Shown one piece after another: positions 39,718-48,472 of a DNA stretch of 64,000 nucleotides. Location of the stretch: NCBI GenBank assembly GCA_964527235.1, contig CAZGNC010000002.1:14275-78274 (forward strand), written 5' to 3'. The position numbers and the translations under genes were made by a program. Numbering within the stretch: the first letter of the stretch is position 1; the number at the start of each line of letters is the position of its first letter. The stretch comes from an uncultured Candidatus Saccharibacteria bacterium. GTDB taxonomy: Bacteria; Patescibacteriota; Minisyncoccia; Phycocordibacterales; UBA9973. The notes under the pieces are model-generated. The model saw only the letters and a list, made by a program, of their open reading frames with translations, searched no databases and was not told the origin of the DNA.

Positions 39718-40654
39718 GAAAATCTATTATATTATTTGCTGCGATTTCGGCCATTTCATTTCTTACCTCCATACTTGCGGAAGCTATGTGTGGAGTTAAA
39801 ACTACATTCGAAAGTTTTGTTAAACCTTTCGAAAGCTTGGGTTCAAATTCAAATACATCCATTCCCGCCCCACCAATTTTATTTTTCTTCAAAGCATCCA
39901 CTAGAGCCAACTCATCTATAACAGGACCACGAGAAGTGTTAATCAAGAAACTATTAGGCTTCATCAGAGCAAGCCTTTCTTTGTTTATAAGATGCTTCGT
40001 TGAAGGAAGTAACGGCACATGAAGACTAACTATGTCTGAATTTTTTAAAAGTTCATCCAGAGATGAATAAAATACCGCACCAGTTTCTTGCTCTAGAGCT
40101 TCGCTTTTTTTCATATCATGATAAGCAACCTTAAGACCAAGACCCTTAGCGCAAACAGCCACCCTGGAACCTATGCGCCCTCCCCCAACCAAGCCCAACG
40201 TCTTACCCAACAAATGCGTACCTATCAAATTCATCGGGGCCCAACCTTTATATTTGCCTTTGCGAACAAAATTATCAGCCTCCACTATCCTGTTAGCAAG
40301 CGCAAACATAAAACCAATAGTATGTTCAGCCACTGCTTCTGACGTAGAAGGAGCTGGCGCGTTGGCAACTGCCACCCCTCTCTTCTTGGCTTCTACCACG
40401 TCGATGTTGTCAAAACCAGAAGCATAGTTGGCAAATATTTTCACAGTTGGAGCTTTCTCAAAAACATTCGCATCTATCTTGTCTGTCAACAAAGACAGCA
40501 CAGCGTCATAATTGCCCTTTTGTAAATATTTAATAAGTTCCTTTTGACTCAGGATTGTATCCTTAGGATTAACCTCAACTTCATAACCCTTACTTCTAAG
40601 CATTTCAATGCCTACCTCAGGAATTTTCCTGGTTATAAAAATTTTTTTACTCAT
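39680..40654 (-). CDS. D-isomer-specific 2-hydroxyacid dehydrogenase (PGDH / glyoxylate reductase family)
   Basis: NAD Rossmann GxGxxG (GLVGGGRIG) and the catalytic R/E/H triad region. Confidence 0.8.
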   Translation of the reverse strand: MSKKIFITRKIPEVGIEMLRSKGYEVEVNPKDTILSQKELIKYLQKGNYDAVLSLLTDKIDANVFEKAPTVKIFANYASGFDNIDVVEAKKRGVAVANAPAPSTSEAVAEHTIGFMFALANRIVEADNFVRKGKYKGWAPMNLIGTHLLGKTLGLVGGGRIGSRVAVCAKGLGLKVAYHDMKKSEALEQETGAVFYSSLDELLKNSDIVSLHVPLLPSTKHLINKERLALMKPNSFLINTSRGPVIDELALVDALKKNKIGGAGMDVFEFEPKLSKGLTKLSNVVLTPHIASASMEVRNEMAEIAANNIIDFLEGKTPRNSVSI

Positions 40655-40700
40655 TAGGTATATTTTACACCTAACGATGAAAAGTGCCTAAACTAATTCT

Positions 40701-40774
40701 TGGGTGGCTACTGGGAGTTGAACCCAGACTAAGAGCTCCACAAGCTCGTGTGCTACCGCTACACCATAGCCACC
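40701..40774 (-). tRNA. tRNA-His (GUG) with encoded G-1 and CCA
   Basis: Reverse complement folds with acceptor gtggcta/tagccac plus an extra 5' G, anticodon loop uuGUGga, and T-arm ctggg-ttcaact-cccag. Confidence 0.6.
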
Positions 40775-40864
40775 ATGTCCATCTTTTATATCAAAAAACT
40801 CACATAAATGCTAATTATTATTGTTATCTAGCGAAAATTGCAACCTTGAGGTATCATTAATCTA

Positions 40865-41245
40865 ATGATTAAAATCATACAATTTTTCGATAAACTTGAA
40901 GACAGAATACGAGGCAAGCTCAGCCACTACCCTATACTTTATGCAATCATTGGCGGTATTGGGGTGGTTTTATTCTGGCGCGGAGTCTGGCACATCGCGG
41001 ATGATCTCAACGTCGGCTCTGTTGTGTCGTTGGTTCTAGGCACAATATTTCTACTCATGACGGGAGTCTTCGTTTCTGCGTTTATTGGTAGTCGCCTTAT
41101 CATATCTGGACTAAGTGGAGAAAAGAAACTAACAGAAAAAGCCAAAGATGAAATAGAAACCGAAGAAGACCAAATCAAAAAACTCCAAAACACTCTAAAT
41201 AAAGTAGAGAAGGATCTCGCTAATATAGATTCAAAGTTAAAATAA
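40865..41245 (+). CDS. membrane protein with a C-terminal coiled-coil, unknown function
   Basis: Two TM helices, then a Lys/Glu-rich helix. Confidence 0.4.
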   Translation: MIKIIQFFDKLEDRIRGKLSHYPILYAIIGGIGVVLFWRGVWHIADDLNVGSVVSLVLGTIFLLMTGVFVSAFIGSRLIISGLSGEKKLTEKAKDEIETEEDQIKKLQNTLNKVEKDLANIDSKLK

Positions 41246-41645
41246 AAATCAGTATTGAAATAAATGCTGAAACAAAACACCAAGAGCACCCCTTCTTGAG
41301 TATAAACACCTGTACTCCAATCAAATAAAGAGAGAACAAAAATGCCCCACCAGAAATCCCAGCGAGCACCATAGATAAAGTCACAGACAGAGACATACTC
41401 ATAACAACCAATAGAAAATAAGACAGCGCTACCACACCATAGTAAATCATACCTAGGACTTCGAGTGGTATGCCGAAAAATTTAGAATAGTCACTGTTAA
41501 CCACAGTGTTGCAGTCAAACCTTATAGGGCACACAAGTGGCTTGTTGGCTCTTTTGCTTTTATATATATGCCTCGCGACCCACAGACCACACAAACCTAA
41601 AACAAATATAGCGGTACGAACAAGAACGAGATTATTTAATTCCAT
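41220..41645 (-). CDS. vitamin K epoxide reductase (VKOR) family protein
   Basis: 4-TM protein with loop Cys pair and the CSWC active-site motif in a TM helix. Confidence 0.6.
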   Translation of the reverse strand: MELNNLVLVRTAIFVLGLCGLWVARHIYKSKRANKPLVCPIRFDCNTVVNSDYSKFFGIPLEVLGMIYYGVVALSYFLLVVMSMSLSVTLSMVLAGISGGAFLFSLYLIGVQVFILKKGCSWCFVSAFISILIFILTLNLY

Positions 41646-41681
41646 GAAATTAATTATAACAACCTAGAAAATTAAAACCAA

Positions 41682-42260
41682 CTAATCCCCGTCTAGTATT
41701 TGCCAGAGGTGTAAAGTTAGCTCTGTGTAGCTACCAATGTGTGGCTCTGCAAGTTTCAACATTTGTTTTTCGTTGGGTAAATTTTTGAGATTAAATGCTT
41801 TCTGAAATCCTTTCTTTGTTCCCAGATCGCCTAGGGGTAAAACATTCTCGCGATTCAGAGCAAATATCAGGAACATATCAGCCGTCCATGGACCTATGCC
41901 CTTCACTTGCATCAAGTGCTCTTTGATATCCGCATCTGCCATCTTATGAAAATTTTTGGGATCTATAGTTTTATCTAAAAACTTTTCTGCTAAGTCTTTC
42001 AAGTAGCCAGATTTCTGCGGTGAAATGCCAGCATACTTTAAGTCAGAAATTGAGAAATTAAGATAAATTTCAGGGGTTGGTTTTTTCTTGCCGAAAAGTG
42101 CCATGAACTTTTTATATATTGCATCCCCTGCTTTGGTAGAAATCTGCTGATAAATTATCGAACTCGCTAAAGATAGAAAATAGTTCTTGCTGGGAGTTAT
42201 TTTGCGAAGTTTTTTCTTATTTATCTTTAATTTTTTAGACATAAAATTAGGCAAAAGCAT
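41682..42260 (-). CDS. HhH-GPD superfamily DNA glycosylase (AlkA / 3-methyladenine DNA glycosylase II-like)
   Basis: LMQVKGIGPWTADMFLIFAL...LPLGD (HhH-GPD with catalytic Asp). Confidence 0.7.
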   Translation of the reverse strand: MLLPNFMSKKLKINKKKLRKITPSKNYFLSLASSIIYQQISTKAGDAIYKKFMALFGKKKPTPEIYLNFSISDLKYAGISPQKSGYLKDLAEKFLDKTIDPKNFHKMADADIKEHLMQVKGIGPWTADMFLIFALNRENVLPLGDLGTKKGFQKAFNLKNLPNEKQMLKLAEPHIGSYTELTLHLWQILDGD

Positions 42261-42282
42261 TATAGCACAGACTTTTCTTTTA

Positions 42283-42311
42283 TTGACTAAAATCCTTTTT
42301 TGTTTTAATAT
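42283..42311 (+). promoter_or_regulatory. sigma70 promoter (TTGACT, 17 nt, TAATAT) for GC-rich cassette C
   Basis: Followed by SD GGGGAGG 6 nt before the ATG at 42347. Confidence 0.45.
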
Positions 42312-42346
42312 ATTTTCGGAAGCTCAACACTCACCGGGGAGGAAGC

Positions 42347-42547
42347 ATGAACGACATGCAGAGGGTGTTTGTAGTTGTGAAAATCAACACTAAATACCCC
42401 AAGAGGTGGTCAGTACGTGAAGAAATTCGTAGGATCACTGGTGTGAGTATTCCCTGGAAAGAGGGAGACTCTTACCGTTTCGACATCAAGAAGGGTGACG
42501 TCCGGAAGCTCGTCGACGCCGGCCTCAACGTGGAAGTGGTGGAATGA
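42347..42547 (+). CDS. GC-rich small ORF C1 (66 aa), unknown function
   Basis: Strong SD; about 52% GC. Stop overlaps the next start (ATGA). Confidence 0.4.
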   Translation: MNDMQRVFVVVKINTKYPKRWSVREEIRRITGVSIPWKEGDSYRFDIKKGDVRKLVDAGLNVEVVE

Positions 42548-42792
42548 CAGAAACAAGAGAGAAAGAGAAGCCTTTGTTGATCTTTGGGGGACACGTGGGC
42601 TTGAGCCAGGCCCAAGTAATCAGGATTCTGGACGAACTAGGTGTCCATCACCGAGCAACACCCTCATCGAACCTGTACCACGTCAGGGTGTCAGAGTCCA
42701 GCGACCTGAGCTGGATTGATCGGTTGCTGGAACGGGGTATCGACATTTCGCCGCCCGGCAAGATTCATCAGGTGCCAACGCCAAAGAGATAA
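42544..42792 (+). CDS. GC-rich small ORF C2 (82 aa), unknown function; translationally coupled to C1
   Basis: 4-nt overlap with C1, followed by a GC hairpin terminator (42821-42856). Confidence 0.4.
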   Translation: MTETREKEKPLLIFGGHVGLSQAQVIRILDELGVHHRATPSSNLYHVRVSESSDLSWIDRLLERGIDISPPGKIHQVPTPKR

Positions 42793-42820
42793 GGCGACTA
42801 GCACCTTCATCAAAAACGAA

Positions 42821-42856
42821 AGCGCCACCGAGATTCGGTTGGCGCTGTTTTTGTTT
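42821..42856 (+). terminator. rho-independent terminator of cassette C (agcgccaccgagattcggttggcgct plus T-run)
   Basis: 8-bp GC stem followed by gtttttgttt. Confidence 0.55.
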
Positions 42857-42863
42857 ATGGGTG

Positions 42864-42947
42864 TGCCCAGGGGGAGACTCGAACTCCCATGCCCTTGCGG
42901 GCGCTACCACCTCAAGGTAGTACGTCTACCAGTTTCGCCACCTGGGC
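42864..42947 (-). tRNA. tRNA-Leu (GAG), class II with a long variable arm
   Basis: Reverse complement gcccagg...anticodon loop uuGAGgu...variable arm...T-arm ggagttcgagtctcc...cctgggc a. Confidence 0.65.
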
Positions 42948-42970
42948 ATCGGGGGCATTACAATAAAAAA

Positions 42971-43375
42971 TTATTCAGCAGCTTGAGCCACTTCTTCTTT
43001 TTCTTCTACTTCAGGAGTATTGATAGAACGCATCTTTCGGCGAACATCTTTAACTGCTTTAGTTCGTATGTAGTAGAGCTTACTTCTTCGAGCGCGAGAC
43101 TTACGAACAAGCTCGATTTTATCAATCATAGGAGAGTATAGTGGGAAAATTCTTTCTACTCCAACACCAGAAGCGATACGGCGCACAGTGAAAGTTCCAC
43201 CCGCCTCTGTACCATGCTTGCGAGCTAGCACTGTACCCTCAAAAGCCTGGGTTCGAAATTTACCCTTTTCATCTTTAATCTTAGACCATACACGCACTGT
43301 GTCGCCGGACTGAAAATCAAGGCCTTTTCGCGCCTCGATATCTACTGGACTGAATTTGATTTTGTTTACTGGCAT
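42971..43375 (-). CDS. rplS: 50S ribosomal protein L19
   Basis: L19 motifs ([35 protein letters not shown]). Confidence 0.9.
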   Translation of the reverse strand: MPVNKIKFSPVDIEARKGLDFQSGDTVRVWSKIKDEKGKFRTQAFEGTVLARKHGTEAGGTFTVRRIASGVGVERIFPLYSPMIDKIELVRKSRARRSKLYYIRTKAVKDVRRKMRSINTPEVEEKEEVAQAAE

Positions 43376-43416
43376 AGTGAAAACACTTTAACATATAAGG
43401 CAAAAGGAATCAACTG

Positions 43417-45120
43417 CTAGGCAAACTCGCCTTGGTAGCATTTCACGCAATACACTATCTCAGGTCTCTCAGGGGCATAAGGGGTGTAGATTGGTGCGCT
43501 ACACTTTGCACAATTCCTATGATACATTCCGGGCTTATTCAAGCGATTAAACCTAGCCTTCTCGCGACACTTAGAACACTCATGTGGCACAGGTAGTCCC
43601 ATCTTTTGTAAAAGCAAAAGCTCCCCTTTCACTATTCGATAGCTCCTTTGGCATTCTAAACATTCTATGACTTCTTCAAGCACAGCATCACTTGTCTCTG
43701 AAATGGTATCAGGCAACTGAGAGGAATGTATCGAAGATTGTGGGTTTGGGCTCTCTGTATCATCCCATTTATACGCCTCAGCGAGAGCCTCTTCTTTAGT
43801 CTTTGGGAAAAATCGCACAGCATTGGATTTATTGTAAGCAAACTTGTAAAACCCCGGCTTGAAAAACTCCCCATAAGTCCAAACAGTTCCATCTTCATCA
43901 ATATACGGATTAGTTTTCATGTCTTCTGCTATCTGCGCTTTCAGTTTCTCATATTCTTCTTTAGAGTATTCTTTATTTAAAATACAATAATTCTTGCGTT
44001 TCAAATTTACACAACCAAAATTATTTTTCCCATTAATACACCACCAAGAGTATTCAATATTTGAAACATCTGGGAAGCAAAATCCTGAAAACTTCACGTT
44101 GCTTGCTCCTGCACCCACATTCGTAGATTCATAAATAAGTTCTACGTTATTCCCCCATCCAGAATAATCCATGCAATCCTTAACAGACGGCACAGTCGTG
44201 AACTGACAGTACTTTGAATTCTCAGCATAGTTGAGAATATAACCTTCTTTAGAATTTTTAGACTGAAAAACATACTCACCGGTAACGTTTAAATTCAAGC
44301 TATGTCCGTGGTATTCCCTATATGGTTGAGTGAGCCAGAACTCATGCGCCTTACTCTCGAGGTCACGAAGGCCTTTCCAAGAGTCGAGGCGCAATTCTCT
44401 TATCTTTGCCTGGTAATCTTCTTTTGAATATTTAACATTGAAAATGCAGTTCGAGGCTCCTCGTAAATTTACACACCCAACACAATTTGTGCATCCATAG
44501 CAATTACGCGAGAACCATACATCAATACAATCATCACACTCGTCAGAAAAGAAGGTCCGGTAATTTCTAATAAATCCAATAGAGTCGTAACAAAGTTCTG
44601 ACTCCCATCCACGTAAACAATCTAAGCTATTTTTTAATCCATTGATAATAGATGAGTAGAAAACATTTTCACAATAGTCTGCCCACGACACAAGGTAACA
44701 ATCTTTAGAATACGCTATGGCATTACTGTAGTCACAGTTTTTCAAAGTTAGATATTCTGTTTCAAGCGCAGAATATGGAGTACGTTCAGAAAGTTCTTTA
44801 AGTTGAGCTAAGAATGGCTTGCTGGGATCATAATCCATCGCAAATTCAGTCCCGTCCCAAGAATCCCCCCACCAGCACGGCTGGCAATAAACTTTCAAGT
44901 CCGTTTCTGGAGAATACATAGACATAGTCTTCTTGCCACATTTGTCGCAGTTCCTCCAAAACAAAGACCAGCCATTCACACAAGATATTCGTCTTATTAT
45001 CCTGCACTCAGGGCACCAAGTAGGCGCCGGTACAGAAATCTTTTCATAGTAATTAAAATCTTCTGCGTCTACTGTAAATTCTCTTTTGCAATGCTGGCAG
45101 GATTTTGTTTCCGAGTTCAT
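43417..45120 (-). CDS. cysteine-rich protein (567 aa, about 50 Cys) with two zinc-ribbon pairs at each terminus and a Cys-repeat core; unknown function
   Basis: N-terminal: CQHC...CPEC and CDKC...CQPC. C-terminal: CLEC...CSKC and CAKC...CVKC. Central NC.Y...C repeats. Confidence 0.45.
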   Translation of the reverse strand: MNSETKSCQHCKREFTVDAEDFNYYEKISVPAPTWCPECRIIRRISCVNGWSLFWRNCDKCGKKTMSMYSPETDLKVYCQPCWWGDSWDGTEFAMDYDPSKPFLAQLKELSERTPYSALETEYLTLKNCDYSNAIAYSKDCYLVSWADYCENVFYSSIINGLKNSLDCLRGWESELCYDSIGFIRNYRTFFSDECDDCIDVWFSRNCYGCTNCVGCVNLRGASNCIFNVKYSKEDYQAKIRELRLDSWKGLRDLESKAHEFWLTQPYREYHGHSLNLNVTGEYVFQSKNSKEGYILNYAENSKYCQFTTVPSVKDCMDYSGWGNNVELIYESTNVGAGASNVKFSGFCFPDVSNIEYSWWCINGKNNFGCVNLKRKNYCILNKEYSKEEYEKLKAQIAEDMKTNPYIDEDGTVWTYGEFFKPGFYKFAYNKSNAVRFFPKTKEEALAEAYKWDDTESPNPQSSIHSSQLPDTISETSDAVLEEVIECLECQRSYRIVKGELLLLQKMGLPVPHECSKCREKARFNRLNKPGMYHRNCAKCSAPIYTPYAPERPEIVYCVKCYQGEFA

Positions 45121-45124
45121 AAAG

Positions 45125-45838
45125 CTATTTTATCACTGCTTTTATATCTTTAGATAGTGGGGACTCTATTTGAAGCAATTTACCCTTTGGAGTTCTGATT
45201 TCTATAGAAACCGCATGAAGGGCTAAACGTTTAAGACCCTTAGGACACGGACCTTTGGGATCATATAAAGAATCGCAGACCACTGGGTGGTTTAAGAATT
45301 TCATATGCACTCTTATCTGATGAGTGCGTCCAGTTTTAGGCTTAACCTCAACATAAGAAAATTTCTTAACGCCTTCGCTGAATCTTTTCAGGACTTTGTA
45401 TTCTGTTATAGCCTCACGAAGCTCCCCTCTTGCCCCTCGCCCAGCAAGTCGACGACGAAAGTCTGACGGGCTACGACCGATGGGTTTATTTATCACCCCA
45501 TGATCATCTTTTAAAAATCCAAACACAATCGCATGATAAATTTTCTTTACTTCTCTCCCCGCAAACTGTGCCTTGAGGAACTCATAAGATTTTTGATTTT
45601 TAGCTAGAATTAAAACTCCAGAAGTATCTTTGTCGAGTCGATGCACCACGCCTGGGCGCACAATGTCACCCATCGGCTCTCCGACGTTCTTCATCCGAGG
45701 ATAATTTTTCAAAACCCAATCAGTAACTGTTTTTTCCTTTTTCTTACCTTCAGGTCTACCGTCTGGATGCACAGAAATACCAGCAGGTTTATCTATCGCC
45801 AAAATGTCAGAATCTTCATACAGAACTTTTATTCTCAT
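45125..45838 (-). CDS. RluA-family pseudouridine synthase
   Basis: ILAIDKPAGISVHP...HRLDKDTSGVLILAK; catalytic Asp motif. Confidence 0.85.
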   Translation of the reverse strand: MRIKVLYEDSDILAIDKPAGISVHPDGRPEGKKKEKTVTDWVLKNYPRMKNVGEPMGDIVRPGVVHRLDKDTSGVLILAKNQKSYEFLKAQFAGREVKKIYHAIVFGFLKDDHGVINKPIGRSPSDFRRRLAGRGARGELREAITEYKVLKRFSEGVKKFSYVEVKPKTGRTHQIRVHMKFLNHPVVCDSLYDPKGPCPKGLKRLALHAVSIEIRTPKGKLLQIESPLSKDIKAVIK

Positions 45839-45840
45839 TG

Positions 45841-45912
45841 TGCCCCCGGTAAGAATCGAACTTACATCAGCGGCTTAGAAGTCCGCGGTTCTATCCATTG
45901 AACTACGGGGGC
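45841..45912 (-). tRNA. tRNA-Arg (UCU)
   Basis: Reverse complement gcccccg ta gttc aatggata gaac...anticodon loop cuUCUaa...gtaag ttcgatt cttac cgggggc a. Confidence 0.55.
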
Positions 45913-45936
45913 AAAATCTAAGTCTTTTCAAATATA

Positions 45937-46962
45937 CTACAAAGATTCTTTTTTACCAATTTGTTTTTTCTCAGCAACCTCTAGGTAATGATTTATATTT
46001 GCTGCAGTTATTTCGTCCGGAGCAATGGTTGTATTATGCCTCAAACCCGCCATTACGCTTTTTTCTATTCTCTCTTCGTCTCCAACAGCTTTTATGATTC
46101 TAGCCAACTGGGAATCCGCTTCACTCTCATGCCCAGGAGGATACACCACCTCGAGTTCTCCTGAAATATAAGTAATGGGACACTCTGTGTTACGTATCTT
46201 TTCTAAAAGATGACCCCTGGACACCCTAGAACCCTCCGCCATTCTTTGTGCCAATCTATTAACAGCAAACGGGCTTTTAGTTTTTGGAATATATTTCTTT
46301 AAGCGATCTTCGTAATCTGTTTCACCAGAAGCTTTAAGTCTAGAAGCATATTCGATGTTGGTTTGAGCCCCAGAACCTAAAAATCTTGCAAACAATGCCG
46401 CAGCGTTTTCTTTTTCTTCAATCCCAGCAGGGTTTAATAACACCAGACTAGAAACCCTGTCTGGATATTTCTCAGCAAAAGTTGCCATGATTTCACTCCC
46501 CATAGAGTGTCCTATCAAATGAAATCGGGCTCCAGGATTTAATGCGACTTTATCTAAAAGTTGATTTATTACTTCGGCTTCATTGTCAAAATTATCTTTA
46601 TTAAAATAATTCTTAGATGGATCATCGGAATTACCATATCCAGGCAAAGACGGCATAATTACTTTTCTACCCTCACATGCTAAAGAGAAACCAAGCTCTG
46701 AGATCCCCTCCCAACCTGACCCAAAACCCGGCAGGAGAACTACAACATCTCCATCTTTATTTTCTAGTGATGCTACCGATATCTCCCTATAATCAATGCT
46801 TAGAGATTCACCTCCAACTTCAATATCGGCTTTTGTTTCTCTTTCTAGTTGTTCGCCAATTTCGTGGATAAATTTTGCACGACCTTCAAATGTCTCAGTT
46901 ATAGACTGATTTTCTCTTTTAAACACTTTAGTCGGCTGATTGGGGAAACCCTCATTTGGCAT
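45937..46962 (-). CDS. alpha/beta hydrolase fold protein
   Basis: GHSMGS nucleophile elbow. The start is chosen at MPNEGF because the longer ORF-track N-terminus reads through the tRNA-Val gene. Confidence 0.6.
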   Translation of the reverse strand: MPNEGFPNQPTKVFKRENQSITETFEGRAKFIHEIGEQLERETKADIEVGGESLSIDYREISVASLENKDGDVVVLLPGFGSGWEGISELGFSLACEGRKVIMPSLPGYGNSDDPSKNYFNKDNFDNEAEVINQLLDKVALNPGARFHLIGHSMGSEIMATFAEKYPDRVSSLVLLNPAGIEEKENAAALFARFLGSGAQTNIEYASRLKASGETDYEDRLKKYIPKTKSPFAVNRLAQRMAEGSRVSRGHLLEKIRNTECPITYISGELEVVYPPGHESEADSQLARIIKAVGDEERIEKSVMAGLRHNTTIAPDEITAANINHYLEVAEKKQIGKKESL

Positions 46963-47037
46963 GGTGCGCGGTGTAGGACTCGAACCTACGACCTTCCCGG
47001 TGTAAACGGGTTGCTCTACCAACTGAGCTAACCGCGC
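46962..47037 (-). tRNA. tRNA-Val (UAC) with encoded CCA
   Basis: Reverse complement gcgcggt ta gctc agttggta gagc a acccg uuUACac cggg...gtagg ttcgagt cctac accgcgc a cca. Confidence 0.7.
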
Positions 47038-47058
47038 ATAAGGTTCAAATTAACATTT

Positions 47059-47373
47059 TTAAAGCGACGGGTCAATTACCGGAGACGGAGAATTAAATAT
47101 CTCTTTAGATTTGTCTTCTCTGTCTTGGAAGTATTGAAGGACCTTTTCTAGCCTTTCCTTAGGCAAAACGGTAGCTTCTGCCCCTAACCCGCCAGAACCT
47201 GATATAACTTCTTTATTTACTTTCTGAAAAACAAAAAAGGTAAAAGAGAAAGCGAAAACTATCATAATAGCTCCAAACATCAATACAACGTTCCAGAAAG
47301 GATTGGGATTGACCTCCGCACTTCCCCTTTTGAAAACCTTTTTCTCTTTAAATTTTAAAAATTTTAAATTCAT
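47059..47373 (-). CDS. small membrane protein, possibly pilus-assembly associated
   Basis: 104 aa, one TM, immediately downstream of pilMNO. Confidence 0.3.
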   Translation of the reverse strand: MNLKFLKFKEKKVFKRGSAEVNPNPFWNVVLMFGAIMIVFAFSFTFFVFQKVNKEVISGSGGLGAEATVLPKERLEKVLQYFQDREDKSKEIFNSPSPVIDPSL

Positions 47374-47382
47374 ATATTTTTA

Positions 47383-47919
47383 TTACGGCAAGAAGCTCAC
47401 CAGCTTTATCCTTAATCGGGACTCCCATTCTGGGATATCGGTACCTAACGCCCCCTCTACTCCCCCAACTTTCTGCATATCAACTGAGAGAAATTCTAGC
47501 TCATACGCAGAGTTCTCTAAAAGCATCAAGAACTTGTACAAATTCTCAAAGCTACCTGAGGATCTTATTAGCACAATGAGATTAGAATTATTTTTGCCTA
47601 CGTCTACAGAAGTTATCTCTGATTTCACAGACACAGATAATGCTAATCTCTCGAGTGAGTCCAAGAAAGGCACAGCGTCAGAGCTCTTAGCGAAATGAGT
47701 CTGAAGCAAAGCTCGCTCGTTTTCTATCGCCTTCATTGATCTCTCTAATTGCTTTATGTCATCAAATTTCTTAGTCTCCGACTGCCACTCTGTTTGGGCT
47801 TTTAATAATTCCTTGTTCTTTCTATCTATGGTTGCGTAAAGAAACAAGAAAGCGGCAACCGAAAGGAGCAAGAGCAGTACCGAGGGAACCAACATGTTTT
47901 TAAATATTTTATGCAACAT
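47383..47919 (-). CDS. pilO: type IV pilus assembly protein PilO-like
   Basis: N-terminal TM plus coiled-coil plus C-terminal PilO-like domain, in a pilM-pilN-pilO order. Confidence 0.5.
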   Translation of the reverse strand: MLHKIFKNMLVPSVLLLLLSVAAFLFLYATIDRKNKELLKAQTEWQSETKKFDDIKQLERSMKAIENERALLQTHFAKSSDAVPFLDSLERLALSVSVKSEITSVDVGKNNSNLIVLIRSSGSFENLYKFLMLLENSAYELEFLSVDMQKVGGVEGALGTDIPEWESRLRIKLVSFLP

Positions 47920-47923
47920 AATA

Positions 47924-48472
47924 TTAAGAAGGAATTAGGGTTAGTGAAAATTTAATATTCGACCCTTTAACGAAGTTTGAAATCGGTAAATCAACCTTCT
48001 GGAATGCAGCATTATCCTCTAGGGCAACACGAAACAGTAGCAGCCTCTCTCTCGATGGAGCCAAGCCGTTGATGTTGACCTTTTTGCTTCCCTTAGGATC
48101 AAGTTCATATGTTATCTGGGTTATTTTTATATCAGGCATCTTCTCCGCGATAATCTCATTTATAACTTTCTGTGAGACTAGGAAGGTTTTACCTTTTACT
48201 TTCTCAATTGTCAGAAGCTGAAGATCCAGCGCCTTAAATTCATTAAGCGATTTCTGGTCGACTTCCAGGGCGAGCTCTTTTTTCTGAGTATTTAAGTTTT
48301 CTTTTATTATTCCCTCTTTTATATTAAGCATAACGTAAGATGGGAAAAGAAGTAGACAGAGCAACAAGAAAGAAAAACACAACATCATTAAAATAACCGA
48401 TGTCAGCCTGACATAGAAACTCTTCACCATCTTTTTCTTTTCTTCGTTTGGAATTAAATTAATCATTTTCAA
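47924..48472 (-). CDS. pilN: type IV pilus assembly protein PilN-like
   Basis: MKMINLIPNEEKK is the PilN INLLP motif, followed by a TM. Confidence 0.55.
   Translation of the reverse strand: MKMINLIPNEEKKKMVKSFYVRLTSVILMMLCFSFLLLCLLLFPSYVMLNIKEGIIKENLNTQKKELALEVDQKSLNEFKALDLQLLTIEKVKGKTFLVSQKVINEIIAEKMPDIKITQITYELDPKGSKKVNINGLAPSRERLLLFRVALEDNAAFQKVDLPISNFVKGSNIKFSLTLIPS

Noticed and set aside
43665-43980. Small ORFs nested within or antisense to the Cys-rich protein gene, and the many plus-strand ORFs inside fusA, secY and the giant surface protein
   Set aside because: They are fully embedded in well-supported longer CDSs on the opposite strand or in another frame.
46963-47022. N-terminal 20 residues (MVEQPVYTGKVVGSSPTPRT) of the ORF-track alpha/beta hydrolase
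   Set aside because: These codons are the antisense of tRNA-Val. The real start is the Met at 46962 (MPNEGF...).
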